Assembly: GCA_963822445.1 (NCBI GenBank)
Contig: CAWGHO010000001.1
Coordinates: forward strand, 160,001 to 224,000
Length of the DNA stretch: 64,000 bases
Direction: 5' to 3'
From: an uncultured Acidobacteriota bacterium
Lineage (GTDB): Bacteria > Acidobacteriota > Thermoanaerobaculia > Gp7-AA8
The notes beneath the pieces are model-generated. The model saw only the letters and a list, made by a program, of their open reading frames with translations, had not been told where the DNA came from and made no database searches. Both the position numbers and the translations under genes were made by a program. Positions 1 through 10,557 of this stretch are shown in pieces (within the stretch, counting starts at the first letter, position 1; each line of letters starts with the position of its first letter).

Positions 1-1611
1 GATGGTCACCGTCTGGTAGACGTAATCGGTGTGGGTCGTGGCGTAGCCGCAGAGCCACGCCTTCCATGAACCGGTGCGCGCCGGACGGCCGGTCGAGCTG
101 TCGATGACGCCCGAGGTCTGCGTCCAGCTCACCGCGCCGGACTCGAAGCCGGGATTCGCGAGAAGCTGCGACGGGGTGCCGCCGCAACCGGTGACGGTGA
201 ACGAGCCCGAGCTGGTGGCCGTGCCGCCCGCGGTGACGACCGAGATCGCGCCGGTCGACGAGCAGTTCGGAACGGAAGCGCTGATCTGCGAGGAGCTGAT
301 GACGCTGAAGCTCGCCGACTGGCCGTTGAAGCGGACCGCGGACGCGCCGGTGAAGTTCGCGCCGTTGATGGTGACGGTCGTGCCGACGCCGCCCGAGGTC
401 GGGCTGAAGCTGGAGATGCTCGGCGCGGGCGTGCCGCCGCCGCCACCGATGAAGCCGGTGTAGAGCAGGCGATTCGGCGAGCCGGTGCCGGCGCTGGTGA
501 TCTTGTTCAGCGAGGAGTTGTCGCGAATCGCCGCCCAGACCGTGGACGGCGAGGCGCTGGTGTTGGTCGACAGATAAAGCGCGCAGGCGCCGGCGACGTG
601 CGGGGTGGCCATCGACGTACCGCTGATCGTGTTCGTCGCGGTGGTGCTGGTGTACCAGGCCGAGGTGATCGACGAGCCGGGCGCGAAGATGTCGGTGCAC
701 GAGCCGTAGTTCGAGAACGAGGAGCGCGCGTCGCTGGAGGTCGAGGAGTTGACGGTGATGCCCTCGGCCACACGCGCCGGTGAGGAGCTGCACGCGTCGA
801 CGTTGCTGTTGCCGGAGGCGAGGGCGTACGTCACGCCATCGGCGATGGAGCGGCGAACCGCGTCGTCGAGGGCGGTCGATGCGCCGCCGCCGAGGGACAT
901 GTTCGCGACGGCCGGCTGCCCGGCGGCGTGATCGGCCGTGACCCAGTCGATGCCGGCGATGACGCCGGCGTCCGTGCCGCTGCCCTGGCAGTTGAGAACG
1001 CGCACGGCGACGAGCGTGACGCCTTTCGCGACGCCGTACGTCGAACCGCCGACCGTGCCGGCGACGTGCGTGCCGTGGCCGTTGCAGTCCGCGGCCGGCA
1101 GCGAGCCGTCGACGGCGTCATAGCCGTTGATGGCCCGGCCACCGAACTGCGTATGCGAGGTCAGGATGCCGGTGTCGATGATGTACGCCTTCACGCCGGC
1201 GCCGGTAGCGTTGTAGACGTAGGTCTGGTTCAGGGGACGGTCGCGCTGATCGATGCGATCGAGTCCCCAGGTCGCGCCGGTCTGGGTGGCGTCGATCGAG
1301 ACTTCGCCATCCTGTTCGACATACGCAACGCGCGGATCGCGGGCGATGGCTTCCGCCGCCCGCTCGGACATGTTCGCGGAGAAGCCGCGGATGGTGTTGC
1401 GGTAGACGTGGTTCTTGCGTCCGCGATGCAGGTTGACCAGGTCGTCGGCGGCGTTATCGACGTCATCGACACCACGGTCTTCGAAGACGACGATCCAGGA
1501 ATCGTGGACGGGCCTGCCTTTCCCTTTGATGACTTTGCCCTCTTTCGGGCCGGCAGCGAGAACGGGAAGAGCGACGAGGATCGCGAAGAGAGAGAGAACA
1601 GCACGCTTCAT
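1..1611 (-). CDS. Secreted S8 serine protease (aqualysin/proteinase K-like) with I9 propeptide, IPT/TIG domain and C-terminal beta domain; runs off the left edge
   Basis: Hand translation from ATG at 1611 (MKRAVLSLFAILVALPVLA signal peptide) gives WGLDRIDQR, IIDTG, DCNGHGTHVAGT and GTSMATPHVAG. No stop before base 1, so it is absent from the ORF track. Confidence 0.9.
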   Translation of the reverse strand, partial: MKRAVLSLFAILVALPVLAAGPKEGKVIKGKGRPVHDSWIVVFEDRGVDDVDNAADDLVNLHRGRKNHVYRNTIRGFSANMSERAAEAIARDPRVAYVEQDGEVSIDATQTGATWGLDRIDQRDRPLNQTYVYNATGAGVKAYIIDTGILTSHTQFGGRAINGYDAVDGSLPAADCNGHGTHVAGTVGGSTYGVAKGVTLVAVRVLNCQGSGTDAGVIAGIDWVTADHAAGQPAVANMSLGGGASTALDDAVRRSIADGVTYALASGNSNVDACSSSPARVAEGITVNSSTSSDARSSFSNYGSCTDIFAPGSSITSAWYTSTTATNTISGTSMATPHVAGACALYLSTNTSASPSTVWAAIRDNSSLNKITSAGTGSPNRLLYTGFIGGGGGTPAPSISSFSPTSGGVGTTVTINGANFTGASAVRFNGQSASFSVISSSQISASVPNCSSTGAISVVTAGGTATSSGSFTVTGCGGTPSQLLANPGFESGAVSWTQTSGVIDSSTGRPARTGSWKAWLCGYATTHTDYVYQTVTI

Positions 1612-1799
1612 TCGTTGAACCCCTTTCAAAGTTGTGCTTGGCGGGGTCCACGGATAGCGAAGGGCCGGCCAGATTTCTTGCCCGCACTAAATCGCTGAAA
1701 AGTAACAGACTTGTGAACGAGGGGGTTTTGCGGGCGGGTCAGCGATTGCGCCAAGAGGACCCAAACGTGGGGTCAGAATTTAGCTACTGGGGTCGACGA

Positions 1800-3816
<2,017 letters not shown>

Positions 3817-3860
3817 TCGCACCTTTGTGAACAGGAGAAGACGGGCGGGGATTCTATGAC

Positions 3861-3941
3861 AGAGGCTCAAAGGCTCAGAGGCTCAAAGGCTCAAAGGCCG
3901 CCCTCCCCTTTGCGCCTTTGAGCCTTTGCGCCTATGCGCCT
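3861..3941. repeat. Inverted pair of 8-nt tandem arrays (ARAGGCTC)n / (CCTTTGMG)n
   Basis: Left arm 3861-3898, right arm 3907-3941, overlapping the der stop codon. Confidence 0.8.
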
Positions 3942-5293
3942 CGTTTCTTCATCCCCTTCCGCGCCCGCACCACGAAATGCATCGGCGTCCCCACCAGGCC
4001 CAGGCCTTCGCGGAACTGGTTGTCGAGGTAGCGCTTGTAGGAGAAGTGCAGGGGCTCTTCGACATTCGAGAACAGCGCGAAGGTCGGCGGGCCGGCTTTG
4101 AGCTGGGTCACGTAGTAGAAGCGGCGCGGTTTGCCGCGGACGGTCGGCGGATTGTGCGCGCTCACGGCGCGCTCGAGGATCGTGTTGAGCTCCGAGGTGC
4201 GGAAGCGGCGGCGGTAGCCTTCGACGATCGTGTCGATTCTCGGGAAGACCTTCTCCACGCGCCGGCCGGTCTTCGCGGAGATGAACTCGAGCGGCGCGTA
4301 GGCCAGAAACTTCAAACGAAAGCGAAGCTGCTCCTCGAACTTCTTGTAATCATCCTGCTCGTGCGCTTCGGCATCCCACTTGTTCACCAGGATCAGCGCG
4401 GCCTTTCCCGCTTCATCGGCGTAACCGGCCACGGTCGCGTCCTGCGCCGTCACGCCTTCGGTCGCGTCGATCATCACCAGCGCGATCTCGCACCGCTCGA
4501 TCGCCTTTCGCGCGGAGATCACGGCCAGCTTCTCCGCCTCGTCGGTGGTCTTGCCCTTTCGACGGATCCCGGCCGTGTCGATGATCAGGTACTGCTTGTT
4601 GTTGCGCGTGATCTCCATGTCGATCGCGTCGCGCGTCGTTCCGGAGATCGGTGAGACCACGGCCCGCTCCTGCTGGGTGAGCTTGTTCAGCAGCGAGGAC
4701 TTGCCGACGTTGGGACGGCCGATGATGGCCACGCGGATCGGGCCCGTCTCGTCTTCATCCTCGTCTTTCGCCGATTCCGCGGGGACGATCTCGGAGATCG
4801 TGTCGAGCACTTCCTGAACGCCCGTCCCATGCTCCGCGGACATGCCGATCACGCGCTCGAAGCCGAGCTCCCAGAAATCGTTGATGGCCTCTTCAGCATC
4901 CCGGCGATCGGTCTTGTTCACGATCAGAACCGTCTTCGCTGATTCGGAACGCAGGTCCTGGGCGATCTCGCGGTCTTCCGAGACCACGCCCGCCGCGCCG
5001 TCGACCACGAAGAGGATGAAGTCCGCATCCTCGAGCGCCCTGCTGGCCTGATCGCGAATCTCGCCCGCGAACGCGGACATCGGCGAGTCGCCGTATTCGA
5101 GTCCGCCCGTGTCGGTCAGCTCGTAGCGGCGGCCGTCATCGAGCTCGACGACGTCGGTCAGCCGATCGCGGGTCATGCCCGGGAGATCGTGCGTGAGCGC
5201 GCGCCGTTTTCCGGCGAGGCGATTGAATAGCGTCGACTTGCCGACATTCGGCCGGCCGACGATGACCACTTTTTTCAGGTTGTGATTTGCCAT
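3932..5293 (-). CDS. der: Ribosome biogenesis GTPase Der (EngA)
   Basis: Two GRPNVGKS P-loops, DTGG/DTAG, NKTD/NKWD and a KH-like C-terminus. Start taken at MANHNLKK. Confidence 0.96.
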   Translation of the reverse strand: MANHNLKKVVIVGRPNVGKSTLFNRLAGKRRALTHDLPGMTRDRLTDVVELDDGRRYELTDTGGLEYGDSPMSAFAGEIRDQASRALEDADFILFVVDGAAGVVSEDREIAQDLRSESAKTVLIVNKTDRRDAEEAINDFWELGFERVIGMSAEHGTGVQEVLDTISEIVPAESAKDEDEDETGPIRVAIIGRPNVGKSSLLNKLTQQERAVVSPISGTTRDAIDMEITRNNKQYLIIDTAGIRRKGKTTDEAEKLAVISARKAIERCEIALVMIDATEGVTAQDATVAGYADEAGKAALILVNKWDAEAHEQDDYKKFEEQLRFRLKFLAYAPLEFISAKTGRRVEKVFPRIDTIVEGYRRRFRTSELNTILERAVSAHNPPTVRGKPRRFYYVTQLKAGPPTFALFSNVEEPLHFSYKRYLDNQFREGLGLVGTPMHFVVRARKGMKKRGA

Positions 5294-6612
5294 GCTCCGT
5301 ACATCAGCAGCGCGCCGGTGGCGGTATTGAAGAAGTTGAGCGCGCCATTCGGGACGGGCCTGATGCGCTTCCGATTCCAACTCCCGGCGATGCTCTCGAT
5401 GTAAGACCCCGCGAATGCGCTCGCCGTGATGAGCGCCATCGCCTTCCCGCCCGTCCGCAATCCCAGATCGGGCAGGTAACCGTAGTCCAACGCGATCACG
5501 CCCGCAACGGCTACCACGAATCCGCCGATCAATCCCGCCAGCGTCCCCTCGACCGAGATCGCCCCCTCCGTGCCCACGGGCACCCGTTTCAGGGTGAGCG
5601 GGAGAAACGGGCGGCGGCCGAGGAGCTGGCCGATTTCCGAGGCGGTCGTGTCCGCCGCCGCGGTGGCCAGCGAGGCGATGCCCATGAGGTAGATCGGGAT
5701 CACGACCTCAACATCGATCGCTCGCGAGACGGCGATCGCGCAGATCGTGGCCACTCCGGCATTCGAGAACGCGTGACTGAAGCCGCGCCGGCCACCCTTT
5801 TCCTGCGCGAGGCCGAGCGCCGATTTCCGCTGGTAGCCGAGCTTCGTGACGCCGGTGCCGATCACGAAGAAGACCAGCAGAGCCAGGTACATCGGCCAGC
5901 CCGAGCACAGGATGATGATGTTGCCGAGCGCCCAGCCGCCGAGGGCTCCGGAGAAGGTGACGCTGCGGGCGAAGTAACCGGCCAGCGCCAACGCGGCGTT
6001 GACCACGAGCCAGGGAACGATGTCCGGATAGACACCGAATGGTTGCGCGGGACTCAGACCGGCGATCACCAGCGCGGTCGCGGCGGCGAACGGCACGGTC
6101 ACGTTGTCATCAAAGTGCAGCGCGAGCGATTCGGTGATCGAGGCCGCGGCTGCGGCAATGAGCACGACGATGGGATGGCGGTAATCCATCCAGTAGGCGA
6201 CGGCGATTCCGGAGAGTGCGCTGGCAACGAAGCAGCTCAGCAATCCGCCCCACGACTTGTCGCGATTCCAGGGCAGTGACCCGATTCGCATCCACTTGCC
6301 GGCCAGCGTCGCCACGCCGTCACCGAAAGCGAGCATGGCCCAGGCGATCGCAGCGTAGTGAAGGTGATTGCGGAACACGATCACCAGCACGAGGACCGCC
6401 ATCGGATAAAGAACGATCCCTTCATCGAATCCCCGCTCGTGCCGCGCGACGCGTTTTCCGACCAGGCGGTGCAGCAAAAACCAGTTGCTGAAGATGGCGA
6501 TCAGACAGATCGCCGCGGCGATGTGCCAGGGGAGCCATTTCAGGGCGAGCGCGCCGAAGCCGATGGCGATGTGCAGCGACTTGCGCAGGACCTCGTTGGT
6601 GACATGAGCCAT
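5275..6612 (-). CDS. Membrane protein: SEC59/phytol-kinase-like N-terminal domain fused to DUF92 (TMEM19)
   Basis: RKSLHI, GDGVATLAGK, KSWGG and DDNVTVP (CTP-dependent isoprenoid kinase-like), then ADTTASEIG and GTEGAISVEGT (DUF92). Confidence 0.8.
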   Translation of the reverse strand: MAHVTNEVLRKSLHIAIGFGALALKWLPWHIAAAICLIAIFSNWFLLHRLVGKRVARHERGFDEGIVLYPMAVLVLVIVFRNHLHYAAIAWAMLAFGDGVATLAGKWMRIGSLPWNRDKSWGGLLSCFVASALSGIAVAYWMDYRHPIVVLIAAAAASITESLALHFDDNVTVPFAAATALVIAGLSPAQPFGVYPDIVPWLVVNAALALAGYFARSVTFSGALGGWALGNIIILCSGWPMYLALLVFFVIGTGVTKLGYQRKSALGLAQEKGGRRGFSHAFSNAGVATICAIAVSRAIDVEVVIPIYLMGIASLATAAADTTASEIGQLLGRRPFLPLTLKRVPVGTEGAISVEGTLAGLIGGFVVAVAGVIALDYGYLPDLGLRTGGKAMALITASAFAGSYIESIAGSWNRKRIRPVPNGALNFFNTATGALLMYGAWQITT

Positions 6613-6630
6613 GCGGAGGCGAACGATACA

Positions 6631-8046
6631 ATGCCCGCCGGTTTGACTGACGCCCCTCCTCCCCTGCTTTCGGTGATCGTGCCCTGCTACAACGAGCGGG
6701 CCACGGTCGCCGAGCTCCTGCGCCGCGTGCGCGAGGTGCCGGTCGACAAGGAGATCATCGTCATCGATGACCAGTCGACCGACGGCTCGCGCGAAGTCGT
6801 CGCGTCACTCGCGGCGCAATGGCCGGAGATCCGCCATCTCATTCAGCCGGCGAACCGCGGCAAGGGCGCCGCGATCCGCCGCGGCATCGACGAGGCTCGC
6901 GGCGACATCGTGCTCATTCAGGACGCCGATCTCGAGTACGACCCCGAGGAGTATCCGAAGCTCATTCAGCCGATCGTCGATGGCCATGCGGACGTCGTGT
7001 ACGGCTCGCGCTTCGAAGGCTATCCGCGGCGGGTGATGCTCTTCTGGCATCGCATGGGAAACACCTTCCTGACCTTCCTCTCCAACATGACCACCAACCT
7101 CGATCTCACCGACATGGAGACCTGCTACAAGGTCTTCCGCCGCGAGATCATCCAGTCGATCAAGCTCAAGTCCGATCGGTTCGGCATCGAGCCGGAGATC
7201 ACCGCCAAGGTCGCCAAACGCGGCTATCGCATTTACGAAGTGCCGATCTCGTACTACGGCCGCGATTACTGGGAAGGGAAGAAGATCAACTGGAAGGACG
7301 GTTTCGTCGCGCTCTGGACGATCCTGCGCTACGGCCTGTTCGACGATCGCGACACCGAGCCGCGCACCTACACGCAACTGCGCCGCCGCGCGCGCCTGAA
7401 GAAGTACAACCGCTGGGTCTGGGAGCGCCTGCAGCCGTTCGTCGGTCAGCGCGTGCTCGAAGTGGGCGCGGGCAGCGGAACGATGACCCGCTTCCTGTAT
7501 GGCCGCGAGCTGATCGTCACCACTGATCGCGAAACCGCGTATCTCGACCGCCTGCGCAATTACTTCCGCCGCCGTCCGGGAATCGTCGTGGAGCGCTGCG
7601 ATCTGGAGTCGGACGAGTCGCGGGAGCTGGCGCGATACAAGTTCGATACGGTGATGCTGATCAACGTGCTCGAACACACGAACGACGACGCCGGTGCGTT
7701 GCGCCGCGCGCATCAGCTGCTCGAGCCGCGCGGACGGGTCGTGATCTTCGTTCCCGCGGACAAGTCGCTGTACGGCTCGATGGATGAAGGGATCGGCCAC
7801 ACGCGCCGCTACGAGAAGGACGAGTTGATCGCGCGCGTTCGCGAGGCTGGGTTCACGCTCGAGTACGCGAGCCATCAGAACCAGATCTCCCGCCTGGCCT
7901 GGCGCATCAACTCGAAGCTCCTCGGCCGGAAAGCACTGCCCAGCGCGCAATCGCGGCTCTTCGATTTCTTCGTGCCGCTGTTCCGCGGACTCGAAGGCGA
8001 GAATCCATCGAGTGGCTTGAGTCTGATCGCGGTAGGCCGCAAATGA
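6631..8046 (+). CDS. DPM1-like GT2 glycosyltransferase fused to a class I SAM methyltransferase
   Basis: SVIVPCYNE, IDDQSTDGS, QDADLEYDP, DMETCYK; C-terminal VLEVGAGSG and NVLEH. Confidence 0.88.
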   Translation: MPAGLTDAPPPLLSVIVPCYNERATVAELLRRVREVPVDKEIIVIDDQSTDGSREVVASLAAQWPEIRHLIQPANRGKGAAIRRGIDEARGDIVLIQDADLEYDPEEYPKLIQPIVDGHADVVYGSRFEGYPRRVMLFWHRMGNTFLTFLSNMTTNLDLTDMETCYKVFRREIIQSIKLKSDRFGIEPEITAKVAKRGYRIYEVPISYYGRDYWEGKKINWKDGFVALWTILRYGLFDDRDTEPRTYTQLRRRARLKKYNRWVWERLQPFVGQRVLEVGAGSGTMTRFLYGRELIVTTDRETAYLDRLRNYFRRRPGIVVERCDLESDESRELARYKFDTVMLINVLEHTNDDAGALRRAHQLLEPRGRVVIFVPADKSLYGSMDEGIGHTRRYEKDELIARVREAGFTLEYASHQNQISRLAWRINSKLLGRKALPSAQSRLFDFFVPLFRGLEGENPSSGLSLIAVGRK

Positions 8047-8846
8047 AACGCGCCGCGGTGATCCTCGCCGGCGGTGCGGGCACGCGACTGCGGCCGCTCA
8101 GCTCCGACGAGAATCCGAAGCAGTTTCTGAAGCTGTTCGATGGCCAGTCGCTCCTGCAACTGACGTTCGATCGCCTGCGCCGCATCCTCCCCGCCGACGC
8201 GATCTTTGTCTCAACGAACGACCAGTACGCGGCGAAGAGCCTCGAGCACCTGCCCGAGCTGCCGCCTGAAAACGTGATCGCCGAGCCGGCCCGCCGCAAC
8301 ACGGCGCCGGCCATCGCCCTGTGCACGTTCGAGATCGAAGAGCGCATCGGTCCCTGCACCGTGTCGTTCCTCGCCTCGGATCACTACATCGGCAAGGTCG
8401 ACGAGTTCGTGCGCGTGCTCTCCCGCGCATACGACTTCGCCGAAACGAATGACTATCTGATGACGATCGGCATCGCGCCAGACGAGCCCACCACCGGCTT
8501 CGGCTATCTCGAGCTCGGCGAAACGCTCGATGGCGAAGTGATGCGCGTGCGCGCCTTCACCGAAAAGCCGGACCGCCCCCGCGCGGAGGAGTTTCTGCGC
8601 GCGGGAAATTACGCCTGGAACGCGAGCATGTTCGTCTGGCGCTCGGAGGTCTTCCGCCGCGAGCTCGCCGCGGTCGCACCGGACCTTGCCGGCGTGACCC
8701 GCGCAAATTACGAGGAGATGCCGTCGATCTCGATCGACTACGCGCTGATGGAAAAGTCGCCGCGCGTCGCCACGATTCGCGGGGATTTCGAATGGTCGGA
8801 TGTGGGGACGTTCGAGGCTCTGCGGCGCGTCGGCGTGGATGTTTAG
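8043..8846 (+). CDS. manC: Mannose-1-phosphate guanylyltransferase (no PMI domain)
   Basis: ILAGGAGTRLRPLS..PKQF, EPARRNTAPAI, SDH, FTEKP, SIDYALMEK, WSDVG. Confidence 0.88.
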   Translation: MKRAAVILAGGAGTRLRPLSSDENPKQFLKLFDGQSLLQLTFDRLRRILPADAIFVSTNDQYAAKSLEHLPELPPENVIAEPARRNTAPAIALCTFEIEERIGPCTVSFLASDHYIGKVDEFVRVLSRAYDFAETNDYLMTIGIAPDEPTTGFGYLELGETLDGEVMRVRAFTEKPDRPRAEEFLRAGNYAWNASMFVWRSEVFRRELAAVAPDLAGVTRANYEEMPSISIDYALMEKSPRVATIRGDFEWSDVGTFEALRRVGVDV

Positions 8847-8895
8847 CTCGATGCCACAGGGGACGACCGGGGGCCTCCGGACATCTGAGCCTTCC

Positions 8896-8901
8896 TGTCA
8901 A
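8896..8901 (-). promoter_or_regulatory. -35 box TTGACA in the IS right end; pairs with -10 TATAGC (10419-10414) only in the circular form
   Basis: Predicted junction TTGACA-ggaaggctcagatgtcc(17 nt)-TATAGC. Confidence 0.8.
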
Positions 8902-8902
8902 G

Positions 8903-10147
8903 TCAGGCAGCAGCTGTGGCGAGGGTTGAGCCTCGGGTGGCGAGCTGCCGCAGATAGAGAGCTTCGTCGTAGACGGTGCGATTGTTCCAGCAGGCGTAAA
9001 GGACGCGGATCCAGCGGTAAGCGAGCGTGCGGATAGCCTCGTGGTGGCTGTGTCCGCGCGCGCGTTGCTGCTTGTAGAAGGCTCGAGCCCATTCGGACTG
9101 ACCGATCGACACGCGGGCGTACTCATGGAACGTCTGACGCAGGAACTTCGGACAGGCCCAGCGCATGTGCACGACCGCCGTTTTGCCGCTCCGGCGGAGA
9201 ACCGGGGCGATGCCGCTTCGGGTGGCGACGTTGACGGCGCTGCCGAAGCGCTTGCGATCGGTCCCGAAGGCGGCGGCGAGCCGCGGCGCGAGCTGTTGGC
9301 CGGCGCCAGGGAAGCTCGCGAAGATCGACGCGTCCTGGTGGGCGGCGAACGCCGCCGAGATCTTCTGGTCGTACGTGGCGATGCTCGTGTTGAGGGCCCG
9401 GATCTGCGCAACCTCGCTTCCGATCAGCAGCACGGCAGCGTCAGTGGTGACCTGATCGTCGTGGAACGCGACCTCTGAACGGATCTCGGCGAGCCTCTGG
9501 TCGATCCACGCGGCCGCGTGATGACGACCCGCATAGAACCTCCTTATCGCGGACGGCCGAGCCCTTTGGATGGCCTCGAGCGTCGGCCAGCGTTCGAGGA
9601 AGTCACAGGCCTGCGCCGTAATCAACGCGCCGGCCCACTGGAGCGCCTGCGGGTAATACGTCTTGAGCCGATCGGTCATGCGTTGGACGTGTTGCGTCCT
9701 CTGATCGACGAGCTCCCGCCGATCCTCGGTCAGAAGCCGCAGCAGACGCGTAGAAGCGTCGTCGGCGATGAACGGGCGCAGCTCGTTGCGGTGCTTACGA
9801 AGCAGGTCGAGCAAGGACGCCGCGTCGGTCGGATCGTCTTTCGAAAGGCTCGGATGAAACGCCTCACGATACCGGGCTGCACTGCGTGGGTTGATCGGAT
9901 ACAACGTGACGAACGGATAGCCGCTGAGCGCGTCGAAGACCGCGCCGCGGGACTGCTCGATGGCCACGGCGATCGGTGCCCCGCCGAAGCGCGCCTGCAG
10001 CGCTTCGATCCATGCGCGCAGAGCCGCAGGCGTGTGCTCGATGCGCTCGTTCGTGCACGTCTGCTGTTGCTCGTCCCAAAGAGCCACCTCGTGCGATGTG
10101 TCACCCCAATCCAGCCCCACCAACGCCCCAAACTCGAACTCGGTCAT
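8903..10147 (-). CDS. IS110-family transposase/recombinase
   Basis: RuvC-like DEDD (GLDWG, AIEQ, KDDPTDA) and C-terminal Tnp domain SGIAPVLRRSGK. RBS AAGGGAGG lies upstream of MTEFEF. Confidence 0.95.
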   Translation of the reverse strand: MTEFEFGALVGLDWGDTSHEVALWDEQQQTCTNERIEHTPAALRAWIEALQARFGGAPIAVAIEQSRGAVFDALSGYPFVTLYPINPRSAARYREAFHPSLSKDDPTDAASLLDLLRKHRNELRPFIADDASTRLLRLLTEDRRELVDQRTQHVQRMTDRLKTYYPQALQWAGALITAQACDFLERWPTLEAIQRARPSAIRRFYAGRHHAAAWIDQRLAEIRSEVAFHDDQVTTDAAVLLIGSEVAQIRALNTSIATYDQKISAAFAAHQDASIFASFPGAGQQLAPRLAAAFGTDRKRFGSAVNVATRSGIAPVLRRSGKTAVVHMRWACPKFLRQTFHEYARVSIGQSEWARAFYKQQRARGHSHHEAIRTLAYRWIRVLYACWNNRTVYDEALYLRQLATRGSTLATAAA

Positions 10148-10159
10148 CACACCCTCCCT

Positions 10160-10410
10160 TCGGGTTGGCTTTGGCCGCGCGCAAGGCCTATAGTCGAGTC
10201 GTGCTCCGACAGCATCTGAGAATGCGTTTCGGGCCAAAGCACTTCGTCCCGCTCGAAAGTCCGGAGGGATTCGTCGATCCGAACACGGGCGGAATTCGTA
10301 GCGGGACGAACCCTTCCTCTCAGTATCGCGCCGCCTGAACCCGATTCTCCCGATTGCCACCCAACGGGTACTTCTCTGAGGGCTGAGGGAGAAGCGGAGA
10401 GACGGCCGGA
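10160..10410 (-). ncRNA. Putative IS110 bridge RNA (target-binding loop 10243-10310, donor-binding loop 10168-10240)
   Basis: Stems UUCGUCCCGCU/AGCGGGACGAA and GCUUUGGCC/GGCCAAAGC enclose segments matching the target flanks and the donor ends. Transcript ends are estimated. Confidence 0.8.
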
Positions 10411-10557
10411 CAAGCTATAGGCGGGCCGGCCACGGGCCGGCAGGCGCTGGTTGTGCCTTCTGCCGAGCTCACGGTAGCTAGCGCGGATCGCGTTCACGCC
10501 AACATGAGCGCTGCCGGCCGTGCCGGCCCGCCGGAGGCCTCTGGTTTCCCTGTTGCA

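Larger units (their letters stand above)
8879..10421 (-). mobile_element. Complete IS110-family insertion sequence (~1.54 kb) with CC core, no terminal inverted repeats, long non-coding left end and short right end
   Basis: A GG (CC on minus) sits at both 8879-8880 and 10420-10421. Excision restores the palindrome arm. Contains a DEDD recombinase ORF. Confidence 0.92.

Noticed and set aside
10148-10360. N-terminal extension of the transposase in the ORF track (485 aa)
   Set aside because: The DEDD domain and RBS place the start at about 10147; the extension overlaps the structured RNA.
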